From the NCBI GenBank assembly GCA_050246755.1, contig JBFWVL010000002.1, positions 198,928-262,927 of the forward strand: 64,000 nt of DNA, given 5' to 3'. The notes under the pieces are model-generated. The model saw nothing but the letters and a program-made list of their open reading frames with translations, had not been told where the DNA came from and did not search any database. This stretch comes from Bacteriovoracia bacterium. GTDB lineage: Bacteria; Bdellovibrionota; UBA1018; CAIPTA01. The position numbers were made by a program, and so were the translations under genes. Positions 54,281-64,000 of the stretch are shown in pieces (positions within the stretch are counted from its first letter, which is position 1; the number at the start of each line of letters is the position of its first letter).

Positions 54281-56002
54281 TTATCTCCCCAGCACGGCCC
54301 CTAGATCCCGTGGATCGGCGGCGCCCCTAAGCACATTCCCTTCCCGCACCACCGCCTCCACGCGGCAGGATACGGCATCATCGCCTAGGTTTAGCGTATA
54401 ACCCTTGGCGCGCAGCTGGCTCAGCGTCTTTTCGCCGGGTCCCGGCAGATCGATGTCAATACGGTCCGGCATCCACTGGTGGTGGAAGCGGGGCACGGCC
54501 ACGGCCTCGTAGATGGGCAGCTTATATTCCAGGTAATTCAGGATGGTTTGCGCCACGCAGGTGAGGATGCGGGTACCGCCGGGTGCGCCTACCGTCATGA
54601 TTGGAATCCCGTCCTTGAGCACGATGGTGGGGCTCATGCTGCTGAGGGGAGTTTTCTGTGGGGCGATCGCGTTTGCTTCGCCGCCGAGCGCGCCGAAGGC
54701 ATTGGCCACGCCGGGTTTTGCGGAAAAATCATCCATCTCATCGTTGAGCAAGATCCCGCTTTTCCCCGCTACCAGGGAGGAACCAAAATAGAGATTGATC
54801 GTTTGGGTAGAGGCCACGCTATTGCCTTCTTTGTCCATGATCGAGAAATGCGTGGTTTCGAAAGATTCTTGGCGAGGGCCGAGGCCCGGCTTGATGCTAG
54901 AGGAGGAATTGGCCCGGTCTCCGATCTTGGTGCGGAGGGTAGCCGCGTAGGATTTGCTGATGAGTCTCTCCGCGGGAACTTTTACGAAGTCGGGATCTCC
55001 GGGGTATTCGGAGCGGTCGGCGAAGGCGAGCTGCATGGCCGCGGCGGTGCGATGAATGCTCTCGGCGGAAAGGACGCCGAGCTTTTTTAGATCGTCCTGC
55101 TCGAGGATATTTAGGATCTCGAGCACGTGGATCCCGCCCGAGCTCGGGGGAGGCATGGCGAGGAGTTCATAGCCTTTATAGCTGCCGCGTAGGGGTTCCC
55201 GCCACTTTACCTGATAGGCGTCGAAATCTTTTTGTTGGAGGAGGCCGCCGCGGTGCTTGGATTCGGCCAGAATTTCCTGGGTGATTTTTCCGTTATAGAA
55301 AGCTTTTTTTCCTTCGGCCGCAATGAGGCGGAGGGATTGGGCCAAATTTTTTTGCACCAGCTTTTCGCCCACTCGGTAGGGAGAGCCGTCCTTCTTTAGG
55401 AAGATGGCGGCGGAAGTGGGGAATTGGGCTAGCACCTCTTTCTTCTGCTGGAGAGATTTGGCAAGGCCGGGATACACCTCGAGGCCATTCTCGGCTAGGT
55501 CAATTGCGGGAGCGACCACCTCGGACAATTTCAATTTTCCGAATTTTTGGTGGATCTCGGTGAGGCCGGCCACGAGCCCGGGAACGGCCACGGAGAGGAT
55601 GCCGTCGGTGGAAAGGTTGGGGATCACGCTGCCATCTTTCCCGAGGAACATATTCCGCGTGGCGCGGAGCGGGGCACGCTCGCGAAAGTCTACGGCGTAG
55701 GTTTTGCCGGTTTTCGCTTCGTGGAAGAGCAGGAATCCGCCGCCGCCGATGCCGGTGGACTGAGGGCGCTCCACCGAGATCACGAAGGAGGCCGCGATCG
55801 CGGCATCGATGATATTTCCACCTTTGTCGAACATCCGCTGCGCGGCTAAGGCAGCCATTTTTCCCTGGGCCGATACCAAAAAGTTTTCGGCGCTGCCTTC
55901 ATAGAGGGCGCGGTCGGATGAGCTTTGCTCTACCACCAGGGGCAAAGTTTGAGCCGAGCTGCAGGAAAAGAGAAGCAGGAACAGAAGCGAAAATGGTTTC
56001 AT
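54281..56002 (-). CDS. ggt: Gamma-glutamyltransferase
   Basis: Signal peptide. Autoprocessing/catalytic TTHFSIMD, and GGxxI/SSMSPT segments typical of GGT. Confidence 0.85.
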   Translation of the reverse strand: MKPFSLLFLLLFSCSSAQTLPLVVEQSSSDRALYEGSAENFLVSAQGKMAALAAQRMFDKGGNIIDAAIAASFVISVERPQSTGIGGGGFLLFHEAKTGKTYAVDFRERAPLRATRNMFLGKDGSVIPNLSTDGILSVAVPGLVAGLTEIHQKFGKLKLSEVVAPAIDLAENGLEVYPGLAKSLQQKKEVLAQFPTSAAIFLKKDGSPYRVGEKLVQKNLAQSLRLIAAEGKKAFYNGKITQEILAESKHRGGLLQQKDFDAYQVKWREPLRGSYKGYELLAMPPPSSGGIHVLEILNILEQDDLKKLGVLSAESIHRTAAAMQLAFADRSEYPGDPDFVKVPAERLISKSYAATLRTKIGDRANSSSSIKPGLGPRQESFETTHFSIMDKEGNSVASTQTINLYFGSSLVAGKSGILLNDEMDDFSAKPGVANAFGALGGEANAIAPQKTPLSSMSPTIVLKDGIPIMTVGAPGGTRILTCVAQTILNYLEYKLPIYEAVAVPRFHHQWMPDRIDIDLPGPGEKTLSQLRAKGYTLNLGDDAVSCRVEAVVREGNVLRGAADPRDLGAVLGR

Positions 56003-56195
56003 AGAAATAATCTACCAGGAGAATCTATTACTGATATATAAATAAATAATATTTTGTCAAAAAAATGCCGTTTCTCGACTAAAACTCTCGGCTCCACTGA
56101 TAAATTCTTGCACCGTAGCAAACCCCACGACTTTGATGCCGCAGTTGGAGATAATGAAAGTGACCCGACCTTAACAGGATGTTTAGGAAGAGGAG

Positions 56196-56966
56196 TTGAC
56201 CATGGATTCGGTCTTCGCAGGGCGCTGGATGGCGCGTGTAGTAGTGGGCTTTGGATTTATTCTCTTTACGGCGTGCGGGCCGCTCGCGGAGCAGCCGGTG
56301 ACCGAGGGTGATACGAAAAACCCGGGGACGAAAACGCCGGGCACTACGCCCGGTACGCCTCCGGCCGACGTGCCGGAAAGCCCGGTGGCCCTGGTGGCCG
56401 CGCTCTGGGAAAAACCTCATCCCGATGATGGGCCGGATTGGACGAGTTACGCCTTCGAGGTGGTTCGTGACTACGGCGCGAACCTGATCGCCGGCACCAG
56501 CGACACGAAAGATTTCTGCCCGGCGTATTCCACGCTCAATAAAGACCAAAAAATTTCTTTTTGGGTATACCTCGTTTCGGCGATGACGAAGTACGAGAGC
56601 GGCTTCGATCCCACCAACCGGTATAAGGAATCGACGATGGGTACGGATCCGGTCACGAAACAGCCCGTCTATAGCGAGGGATTACTCCAGCTTTCCTACC
56701 AGGACTCTCGTAACTATTCTTTCTGCAATCAGTTCGATTGGGAGAAGGACAAGCTGCTTTCTCCCAGGGATCCGCGGAAGACGATCCTGGATCCCTATAA
56801 GAATCTAAATTGCGGGATCCGGATCCTGAATCAGATCGTGGGTAGCCACAAGGCCATTGCGTTCGGGAGTGGTCACTACTGGGCGGTGCTGAAGAGCTCG
56901 AGCTCCCACCACCGGATCAAAGAGATTCAGGCGCTCACGAACCAGATTTTATTCTGCCGGAAGTGA
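56196..56966 (+). CDS. Lipoprotein with lytic-transglycosylase (SLT)-like catalytic motifs
   Basis: Lipobox FTAC. MTKYESGFDP ... GLLQLSYQD resembles the SLT E-S ... GLMQ pattern. Confidence 0.45.
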   Translation: MTMDSVFAGRWMARVVVGFGFILFTACGPLAEQPVTEGDTKNPGTKTPGTTPGTPPADVPESPVALVAALWEKPHPDDGPDWTSYAFEVVRDYGANLIAGTSDTKDFCPAYSTLNKDQKISFWVYLVSAMTKYESGFDPTNRYKESTMGTDPVTKQPVYSEGLLQLSYQDSRNYSFCNQFDWEKDKLLSPRDPRKTILDPYKNLNCGIRILNQIVGSHKAIAFGSGHYWAVLKSSSSHHRIKEIQALTNQILFCRK

Positions 56967-57626
56967 AGAGGTTGCGGCGGGAGCCGCAACGGGCGCCCGG
57001 TATTCGGCGATCAGGTAGGTGATTCCTAGCAAAGCTACCGAGACTAAAATCGGTTCCCAGCCCTTATTGCGCAGCCAAAGGCGGCGATTGAACACGATGC
57101 CTTCGCGGGGCTCGCGGCGGGGGAGCAGTTCCTGGATAAAAAGCATGGGAGAGAAGAAGCGAGGGACCCGCGCCATATAAGATGGGTAGTCTGCGAACTT
57201 TTCCTTCAGCACTTTTTCTTCCTCGCGGATGATCGCGATATGGATCAGCCAGGTGGCCACCAGGATCACGAAGCTAAGCAGCCAGAGCTCTTGGGAAAGC
57301 GGAATCGCCACGCCGATAAGAATACTGCCGAGGTAGAGCGGGTTACGGGAAAAATGATAGGGACCGTTGAAGGCGAGTTTGCTTTCTTTGTCGAGGCAGC
57401 CCGAGGCCCATACGCGCAGGATGGTGCCGAAGGCCAAAACTAATATCCCAAAGAGCTGGGGATGCTGGCGCACGGTTCCCAAAACGATGGGTAGGAGGAT
57501 CCAGGAAAGCCACACGCGGAGTTTTCCGCGGAGCTCTCTTCGGTAAAATTCACTAAGCTTGCTCATAAGGTGGGCAAATCCTACCGAACCAGTTCGCGGA
57601 AGGGAAGAATTTCCTCGCGGCCTCAT
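56949..57626 (-). CDS. Isoprenylcysteine carboxyl methyltransferase / phospholipid methyltransferase family membrane protein
   Basis: NGPYHFSRNPLYLGS motif and 4-5 TM helices. Start may be the internal MSKLSEF at 57566. Confidence 0.6.
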   Translation of the reverse strand: MRPRGNSSLPRTGSVGFAHLMSKLSEFYRRELRGKLRVWLSWILLPIVLGTVRQHPQLFGILVLAFGTILRVWASGCLDKESKLAFNGPYHFSRNPLYLGSILIGVAIPLSQELWLLSFVILVATWLIHIAIIREEEKVLKEKFADYPSYMARVPRFFSPMLFIQELLPRREPREGIVFNRRLWLRNKGWEPILVSVALLGITYLIAEYRAPVAAPAATSSLPAE

Positions 57627-57639
57627 TGCGCAAGGCGTC

Positions 57640-58080
57640 CTAAGGTCGGAGCATTTCGGCGTGGGGGATATCGTCTTCGAGGTAATTTTCGCCCGCGCGC
57701 ACGAAGCCGAAACTCGCGTAAAATTTTTCCAGATAGGCCTGCGCTGAAATCCGAACGGGAACTTTCCCCCAAAGCTCTTCTATTTTTTTGATTGCTTCGG
57801 CGGTTTGCGTGCGCCCCATGCCTGTGCCCCGGACTGAAGCCGCCGTCACCACGCGGCCGAGCGAAGGTTCTGGGTACTTGAGGCCGGGAGGAAGGATGCG
57901 TAGGTACGCTACCAGGGCATTTTTTTCGCGGCCTAGTAAATGCCAGGATTCCTGGTCGAGCCCATCGCAGTCCAGGTAAGGGCAGTTCTGTTCCACGATA
58001 AATACTTGCTGGCGGAGCGCCAGGATCTCGTAGAGCTCTTGGGCACTAAGCTCGTTAAATTTCTTCCACTGCCACTTCAT
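57640..58080 (-). CDS. GNAT N-acetyltransferase (ElaA-like)
   Basis: Start at MKWQW. RVVTAASVRGTGMGR acetyl-CoA binding segment. Confidence 0.6.
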   Translation of the reverse strand: MKWQWKKFNELSAQELYEILALRQQVFIVEQNCPYLDCDGLDQESWHLLGREKNALVAYLRILPPGLKYPEPSLGRVVTAASVRGTGMGRTQTAEAIKKIEELWGKVPVRISAQAYLEKFYASFGFVRAGENYLEDDIPHAEMLRP

Positions 58081-58158
58081 AAAGAACCTTTCCGAAAATC
58101 CAGTATAGCGTGCGAAAAAGTATTTTACACTTCGGGGAAGATGGGCCACCACTGAGGG

Positions 58159-58539
58159 ATGCCCGTCGACCAAGACCGACCTTCCACCTGGATTAGCTAT
58201 AAGGCGCAGTTTTGCGCCAGTTGCCAGGCCACCTGCTGCACGATGCCGGTGGAGGTAAGGGTGGAAGATCTAGTGCGCATGGGCGTGGTTTCGGAAGACG
58301 AAGCCCAGGGTTCACTGAAAAAAGTGGCGCGGAGGCTTCAGGCCGAAGGCTTGGTAAAGAACTACCGCACCTCCACGGGCCTTTTCCTGCTGGAGCAAAA
58401 AAACGGCCGCGATTGCGTATTTCTCGGAGCCGATCGCCGATGCACGGTTTACGAAAATCGCCCGGGGGTTTGCCGCGGCTTTCCCGTGGTGCTCGGGCCC
58501 CGGGTGGGCTTTTGCCCTTACCGCCCGAAGCGGCCCTGA
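58159..58539 (+). CDS. YkgJ-family cysteine-cluster protein (second copy in window)
   Basis: CASCQATCC ... CVFL...RRCTVYENRPGVCRGFP. Confidence 0.55.
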   Translation: MPVDQDRPSTWISYKAQFCASCQATCCTMPVEVRVEDLVRMGVVSEDEAQGSLKKVARRLQAEGLVKNYRTSTGLFLLEQKNGRDCVFLGADRRCTVYENRPGVCRGFPVVLGPRVGFCPYRPKRP

Positions 58540-59381
58540 AAGTTTCCGTTTTTATAAAAGGCGGTGAGCAGGGCATCTTTTTGCCGGTAGAGCTCGTTCA
58601 CCCAGAGGCCGCGGCCCGCGTCGTCGGGAGGTAAAGCGGCCATGGAGAAGCGGCGCACGTGCACGTGAATCCGCAAGGTGGCGCAAAATAATTCCTTCAA
58701 GTTCGGCGCGGGGCCTTCGTAGGCGATGGTGCAATCGTAGAGCGCGTCCACTTTTCCCTCGAGCCCGCGCAGGGTGGCCTCGAAGCCCTTCGTTCTCGGC
58801 AGCAATAAATGCTGGAGCGGGGGCATCCCCTGGCGCTTGGCGTAGGCTTGGCTCTTGGCCAGTTTTGCCGGCCGGATGCGCGTGCCTTCGAGAAAAGAGA
58901 CCACCCAGAAGGGAAAACTGCTCTCCCGGAGCCGCGCGAAGGTGGCGAGCACCTTCGCCTTATCGGCGGCCCAATTTCGTTTCACGAATACGCAATCGAG
59001 GAAGAGCATGCCCCAGCCGATTCCGGGCACCCACTTAAGCGGATCCTTCACGAACCACTTTAGGTCTTGCTGCCGGCCTTGGCGCCGGGCTACGGCCACG
59101 ACCACCGGGATATCGGCCATCGCCTGGTGGTTGGCCACGAGAAAAATATTTTCTTCGCCCGAAAGGGCATCGCCGCTTTGCAAAATTTCCACACCGAGCA
59201 CCGATTGCAGCGTGAAATCCAAAAAGGCAAACCAGCTGCCGCAGGCAAAGCGGTTGATTTGCTTGGCCAGCCAGGCGCTGAAGGGCCAGGCCAGCAGCGA
59301 GAGGCATTGCACCAGATTGCAGAGCAGGAGCGCGAGGCCTAAGAGCAGGGCGAATAGGAGGGCGAGGGGGATACGCAGCAT
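58518..59381 (-). CDS. Lysophospholipid (1-acyl-sn-glycerol-3-phosphate) acyltransferase family protein
   Basis: Start at MLRIPLALLFALLLG (TM anchor). NHQAMAD (H-x4-D) and FLEGTR motifs. Confidence 0.65.
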   Translation of the reverse strand: MLRIPLALLFALLLGLALLLCNLVQCLSLLAWPFSAWLAKQINRFACGSWFAFLDFTLQSVLGVEILQSGDALSGEENIFLVANHQAMADIPVVVAVARRQGRQQDLKWFVKDPLKWVPGIGWGMLFLDCVFVKRNWAADKAKVLATFARLRESSFPFWVVSFLEGTRIRPAKLAKSQAYAKRQGMPPLQHLLLPRTKGFEATLRGLEGKVDALYDCTIAYEGPAPNLKELFCATLRIHVHVRRFSMAALPPDDAGRGLWVNELYRQKDALLTAFYKNGNFQGRFGR

Positions 59382-59462
59382 GGCCGCAAGCTTAACGGAT
59401 CGATTCAGTGCGCGCAAATCGAAGGCCTGTATTTGTGCGGCCCCAGCGTTTATACTCCCCGG

Positions 59463-60962
59463 ATGCGCGTAGCGATCATCGACCTTGGCACGAATTCCGT
59501 CCGTTTCGACATTCACTCCATCAGTGAAAGCGGAAAAACCAAGCTCCTCCACCGGGAGAAGCAAATGATCCGGCTGGGGCAGGGCGTGTTCCTCAAAGGA
59601 AAAATGGACCCCGATGCCATCCGCCGCGCCCTGCTTGCCTTCGATCACTTTCGCCGCGTGGCGGGTAATCTCCGCTGCCGCAAAGTGGTGGCCTTCGGCA
59701 CGAGTGCCCTGCGCGAAGCCCAGGATTCGGCGCAGCTATTGGAGCAGGTGAGTGCCCGCACCGGCATCGACCTGCGCGTGATTTCCGGCAAAGAAGAAGC
59801 GAATTTGATCGCCCTCGGCGTGCTGGCCAACGAAAAGCTTCCGAGCGGCACCTTCGCCCTCGTGGATATCGGAGGGGGCTCCACCGAAGTGTCTCTCTGC
59901 CGCGGAAGCCAGGTTCGCTTTGGTGATAGTTTTCCGCTCGGCACTGCCCGCTTGCAGCAGGTTTTTTTGCGCCGAAGCCCGCCTAAGGCGCCCGCCGTGC
60001 AACAGCTGCGCGCGTATATCCAAAACATCCTGAAGGAAAAAATCAACGGCGAGGGCTGGCCGAAGGTATCGCAGATCCTCGCTTCGAGCGGCACGGCCAA
60101 GGCGATCGCGAAATTGCTCGGCCGCAAGGGCAAGGATGGTTTTTCCTTAGCCGAACTATCAGAGCTCGTGGCCATCCTTTCCCGCAAAACCACCACCGAG
60201 CTATTGGATATTCCCGAAATGGAACCCAAGCGGGTAGACATGATCCTGGCCGGCGCCTTGCTCCTCGAGGAAACCGCCTTGGCGCTCGGCGCGCGTAAAA
60301 TCCTGCTCAGCGATTTTTCGCTGCGCGACGGCATCATCGAGGAAGAACGGCGGCTCGCCCGCGCGCACAAAACCTCCCTGCTGGAGTTGCACCTCGACGA
60401 ATTGATCGCCCGCGCCGTTTCCTTTGGGGGCCACGAAGCGCATATGCGCCACCTCGCGAAACTGGCCGAAGAGCTGTTCAATCGCCTGCAAAAAATCCAC
60501 CGTCTCGAGCGGCGCTGGAAGGTATACCTGCTCGCGGCCGTGATTTTCCGCAATTGCGGCGAGCTCGTGGGATTCGTGGGGAAAGAAAAACACGCCCACT
60601 ATATCGTGAAGAACCTCGATATCCAGGCCATGGAAGCCTGGGAGCATGGTTTCATCGCGGACCTCTGTCTCCACCAGAGCGGCGGAAAGATCAGCCAAAA
60701 AGACCTCAACGGCATCGCGAAAGAGCGCCGCGCGCCCTTCCGGAAGCTGCTCGGGCTGCTCCGTCTCGTGGTGGCGGTGGATCTCGGGCATAATACCACG
60801 CTGCACCTGAAGTCGGTGCGGGTCACCGGCACCGCCGTGAAGCTTATTTTCAGCGGAAAGGCGGCGGCCGGCCTGGAGCAGCTCCTGATCGACCGGAAAA
60901 AGAAATTATTCGAAGATGAATTCGGCCGTCAGCTCTTGCTGGAAGGCTTGAGAAAGCGCTGA
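59463..60962 (+). CDS. ppx: Ppx/GppA-family exopolyphosphatase
   Basis: MRVAIIDLGTNSVRF N-terminal actin-like fold motif. Length ~500 aa. Confidence 0.75.
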   Translation: MRVAIIDLGTNSVRFDIHSISESGKTKLLHREKQMIRLGQGVFLKGKMDPDAIRRALLAFDHFRRVAGNLRCRKVVAFGTSALREAQDSAQLLEQVSARTGIDLRVISGKEEANLIALGVLANEKLPSGTFALVDIGGGSTEVSLCRGSQVRFGDSFPLGTARLQQVFLRRSPPKAPAVQQLRAYIQNILKEKINGEGWPKVSQILASSGTAKAIAKLLGRKGKDGFSLAELSELVAILSRKTTTELLDIPEMEPKRVDMILAGALLLEETALALGARKILLSDFSLRDGIIEEERRLARAHKTSLLELHLDELIARAVSFGGHEAHMRHLAKLAEELFNRLQKIHRLERRWKVYLLAAVIFRNCGELVGFVGKEKHAHYIVKNLDIQAMEAWEHGFIADLCLHQSGGKISQKDLNGIAKERRAPFRKLLGLLRLVVAVDLGHNTTLHLKSVRVTGTAVKLIFSGKAAAGLEQLLIDRKKKLFEDEFGRQLLLEGLRKR

Positions 60963-63055
60963 TCGCGCAGCGGGGTTTGCGCGTAGCTTTTAATGGCCAG
61001 CTCCTCAAAATACCACTGTGCGCGATGCAGCTGGTCCTTTTTGGGAACCTTCGCCCATACGCCGCGAGAAGTGAGGCGCCGTGCCCTCACGTTGTCCTTT
61101 AAATATCCCGGGATCACGAAATCAGTGATGAAGGAAAAAATCCTCGGGTCGAGCACGGGGAAAGCGATTTCGAGCCGAGAAAAGAAATTTCTCGGCATCC
61201 AATCGGCGCTCGATAGGTACATCGCGTGCGACTGTTCGAAATAATAAATGCGGCTATGTTCGAGGAAGCGATCCACGATCGAGATCACGCGGATATTTTC
61301 GGAAAGGCCTTTTACGCCCGGAATCAGGGAGCAGGCTCCGCGCACGATGAGGTCCACCGACACGCCGGCCTGGGAGGCTAGGTAGAGATCCTCGATGATT
61401 TTCTCGTCCACGAGGGCGTTCACCTTGGCCACGATCCGGCCTTTTTTCCCCGCCTTCGCCGCCTCCGTTTCCGACTTTATGAGCGCTCGCATTTTTTGGT
61501 GGAGCTTGGCCGGCGCGGTCACCAGGTGTTTGAACCCGGTAGGCACGTCTTTGCGAAAAACGGCGTCGAAGAAATAACGGGCGTCTTCGCCGATCTCGGG
61601 ATGCGCCGTGAGGATGGAAATATCGGTGTATTGCCGTGCGGTGCGGGCGGAATAATTGCCGGTGGAGAGGTGAGTATAGCGCACCACCTTATCGCCATGT
61701 CTGCGCGTAACGAGGGTTACCTTCGCGTGGAGCTTGAGCAGGCCGAAGCCAAACCTTACTTCGGCGCCGGCCTTGGCCAGTTCTTCGGCAATGCGCAGGT
61801 TATTGGATTCGTCGAAACGCGCCCGCAGCTCCAGGATCACACGCACTTTTTTCTTGGGCGCGGCTAGCTTAAGCAGGCCCACGATCTCGGAGACGGAATC
61901 GGTGCGGTAGATCGTTTGTTCGATCATGGTCACATGCGGATCCTCGCACGCGAGGCGCAGCCAAGAGAGGAAGGCCTCGAAGGAATCGTAGGGATGGTGG
62001 AGCATGAAATCGGCTTGGTCGATGGTCTCGAAAATTTTCGCCGGGGTTTTGAAGAGGGTCGGCAGCTTGGCGCGCAGCGGAGGGTTGGAATAGCCGGGTC
62101 TTTCGGAAATTTTTTCCGGCAGATTATTCACGAAGGAGAGTAAGCCGTGCAGGCAGAGCGTGGCCGGGGCGCGGAAGATCTGCCGCAGGTCCAGCTTGAG
62201 GTGGTCGGCTAGCTCGGGAAGGAAGTCCTTGGGGAAGTTTCCGCTGTGCTGAAGGCGCACGGATCTCCCTTTATCGCGCGAGCCGATACTTTTGCGTACG
62301 AGGTCGGGAATGGATTCGGTGTCTCCATCCGGGATCTCGATCGTGAAGTCGGCATCGCGGGTGATTCGTAAAATGCCGGGTTTTTCTTTGATGGGCAGCA
62401 TCCGGTCGAGATGGGATTCCAGCAGTGCATCGAGAAAAAATACCTCGAGCTCGCCGCTGGCCGTATTTTGTTCCCAGAAGAGGGGAGGGAGGGAGCGGGG
62501 AACTTCGAAGTACAGATCCTTGTTCAGGTAAACGAGCAGCTGCGTGTTCTCTAGCTCGTTCACGGCGTGGAAGGTGAAGCCGGATTTCATGATGAGCTGG
62601 GGAAGGATTTTTTCTTCGAAGATCTTCGCGCCTAGCGCGAAGGCCGGGTGGTCGGTGGCGAGCCGTAGGTGCAGATTGATTTTTTCCAGCGCGCTTTCTT
62701 TACGCAAGGCTTCGAAAGCGCGCTGCTGGCGCTCCACGAAGGTGCGCACGCTTTCGAGCACGGTGCCATGCACGCGTGCGAGATTCAGGCGGTTTTCCTC
62801 TATTTTCATCGCGGCTAATGAGCGCAGCAGGGAAGAGAACCGGATCATGAAAAATTCGTCGAGGTTCGAGGAGCAGATGGCGAGAAATTTTAGGCGCTTT
62901 AGCAGCGGGTTCGAACTCGAGCGGGCTTCCGCGAGCACCCGATCATTGAATTGGATCCAGCTGAGATCGCGGTGAATGAACGGCTTGGCCGGATCCAGCA
63001 GAAGGTAGGATAGGGTAGGTAACTTCGCTTCGCGAGGTACCGCTGTTTCACTCAT
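60929..63055 (-). CDS. ppk: Polyphosphate kinase 1
   Basis: About 700 aa, with conserved PPK1 C-terminal PLD-like blocks (…GLLKLHAKVTLV…, …HSRIYYF…). Confidence 0.9.
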   Translation of the reverse strand: MSETAVPREAKLPTLSYLLLDPAKPFIHRDLSWIQFNDRVLAEARSSSNPLLKRLKFLAICSSNLDEFFMIRFSSLLRSLAAMKIEENRLNLARVHGTVLESVRTFVERQQRAFEALRKESALEKINLHLRLATDHPAFALGAKIFEEKILPQLIMKSGFTFHAVNELENTQLLVYLNKDLYFEVPRSLPPLFWEQNTASGELEVFFLDALLESHLDRMLPIKEKPGILRITRDADFTIEIPDGDTESIPDLVRKSIGSRDKGRSVRLQHSGNFPKDFLPELADHLKLDLRQIFRAPATLCLHGLLSFVNNLPEKISERPGYSNPPLRAKLPTLFKTPAKIFETIDQADFMLHHPYDSFEAFLSWLRLACEDPHVTMIEQTIYRTDSVSEIVGLLKLAAPKKKVRVILELRARFDESNNLRIAEELAKAGAEVRFGFGLLKLHAKVTLVTRRHGDKVVRYTHLSTGNYSARTARQYTDISILTAHPEIGEDARYFFDAVFRKDVPTGFKHLVTAPAKLHQKMRALIKSETEAAKAGKKGRIVAKVNALVDEKIIEDLYLASQAGVSVDLIVRGACSLIPGVKGLSENIRVISIVDRFLEHSRIYYFEQSHAMYLSSADWMPRNFFSRLEIAFPVLDPRIFSFITDFVIPGYLKDNVRARRLTSRGVWAKVPKKDQLHRAQWYFEELAIKSYAQTPLRDQRFLKPSSKS

Positions 63056-63225
63056 ACGTTTTGGAGCTCCAAACCCTAAGAATAGTCAATCCGGGCGCGG
63101 GGCGCCATGGTTTTCGGCCTGTCTTAACGCAGTCCTAATAATTGCGCGGCATGCTTCACGCCGGCCTAAAGGAAGCCTAACCGGAACCTGACCCGGCAAA
63201 GAGCTTTCCCGTCGATACTAAAATC

Positions 63226-63975
63226 ATGTTCTTAGCCGACTTTCACGTTCACACGAACCGCAGCGATGGAAAGCTTCCACTTAAAACGGTGATCGATCTT
63301 TACGGGGAGCATGGATTTGGCGCGATCGCGATCACCGATCACCTTTGCGACCAATATTCTTTTTTGGGGAAGGCCTCGCGGTTTCTCGGCTATAGCCTAA
63401 ACGAAGAAAATTTTCAGCGTCACATGGAAGATCTGGCGGTGGAGAAAGAGCGGGCCTGGAAGCAATACCGCATGGTGGTCCTTCCCGGGTTTGAAGTGAC
63501 CAAAAATTCCGTCTCGAATCACCGTTCCTCCCATATGCTGGCGGTGGGCACGGAAAAATACGTGAACCCAAATCTTTCCACCGAAGAAACTTGCGCGGCG
63601 ATCCGTGAGCAGGGAGGGCTCGCGATTGCGGCCCATCCCGTATTTTCCCAGAAGATGGAGAAGCAAACCTATTTTCTTTGGGACCGCCGGGAGGAGTTAC
63701 GCGGACATTTCGATGCCTGGGAAGTAGCGAGCGGCCCGCATTTATTTCCCGAGGTGATGCGTAGCGGACTACCGATGATCGCCAATAGTGACCTTCATCA
63801 CGCCAAACAAATGACCAGCTGGAAGACGGTTTTGCGTTGTGAAAAAAATCCGGAAGCAATTTTGGACGCGATACGTCGACAGGAAATTGAGTTCGCCTTT
63901 TACCGCGCTGACGCTGCAGAGCGTGGTATTTTTGGTGCGTCGTTTCGCGCCACCAGCCCCCCGCTGCAATTCTAA
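63226..63975 (+). CDS. PHP-domain metal-dependent phosphoesterase
   Basis: DFHVHTNRSDG N-terminal PHP motif and ITDH. Confidence 0.65.
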   Translation: MFLADFHVHTNRSDGKLPLKTVIDLYGEHGFGAIAITDHLCDQYSFLGKASRFLGYSLNEENFQRHMEDLAVEKERAWKQYRMVVLPGFEVTKNSVSNHRSSHMLAVGTEKYVNPNLSTEETCAAIREQGGLAIAAHPVFSQKMEKQTYFLWDRREELRGHFDAWEVASGPHLFPEVMRSGLPMIANSDLHHAKQMTSWKTVLRCEKNPEAILDAIRRQEIEFAFYRADAAERGIFGASFRATSPPLQF

Positions 63976-64000
63976 AGTTGACCGGTCAAGAAAAGACGTT

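Noticed and set aside
59645-60553. 302-aa ORF antisense to ppx
   Set aside because: Ser/Arg-rich with no motifs. ppx is clearly coding on the plus strand.

Overview
High-GC (~60%) bacterial chromosomal window. Gene content (TIGR02147-family HTH proteins, many secreted hypotheticals, PilT, AmpG, MepA) suggests a Bdellovibrio-like or other deltaproteobacterial organism; this is a tentative guess from gene content only. About 60 protein genes are packed tightly, many with 4-nt ATGA or TGA/ATG overlaps, plus two tRNAs (Thr-CGT, Ser-CGA). Housekeeping content: Leu/Phe-tRNA protein transferase, MepA, RsgA, PNP plus MtaD (MTA salvage), O-antigen ligase, PilT, Dus, pseudouridine synthase, an Hsp33/ApaG/YkgJ/B12-radical-SAM operon, AmpG, an MMPL transporter, GGT, an APC permease, PPK1/PPX, and a PlsC-type acyltransferase. 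The accessory-looking part is roughly 39.9-52.7 kb and contains three things. First, a REP-like repeat cluster (core AATACCTCTGCCCC) sits next to an IS200/IS605-like HuH tyrosine transposase (RAYT), and further REP copies are embedded in tandem paralogous secreted-protein genes. Second, there is a six-gene block of signal-peptide proteins of unknown function. Third, an AT-rich island sits next to tRNA-Ser with a frameshifted transposase remnant, a trypsin-like protease and two paralogous Cys-rich small secreted proteins. No CRISPR array, no cas genes and no recognisable defence ATPase or nuclease genes were seen. All annotations come from reading motifs in the translated ORFs; no database search was possible.
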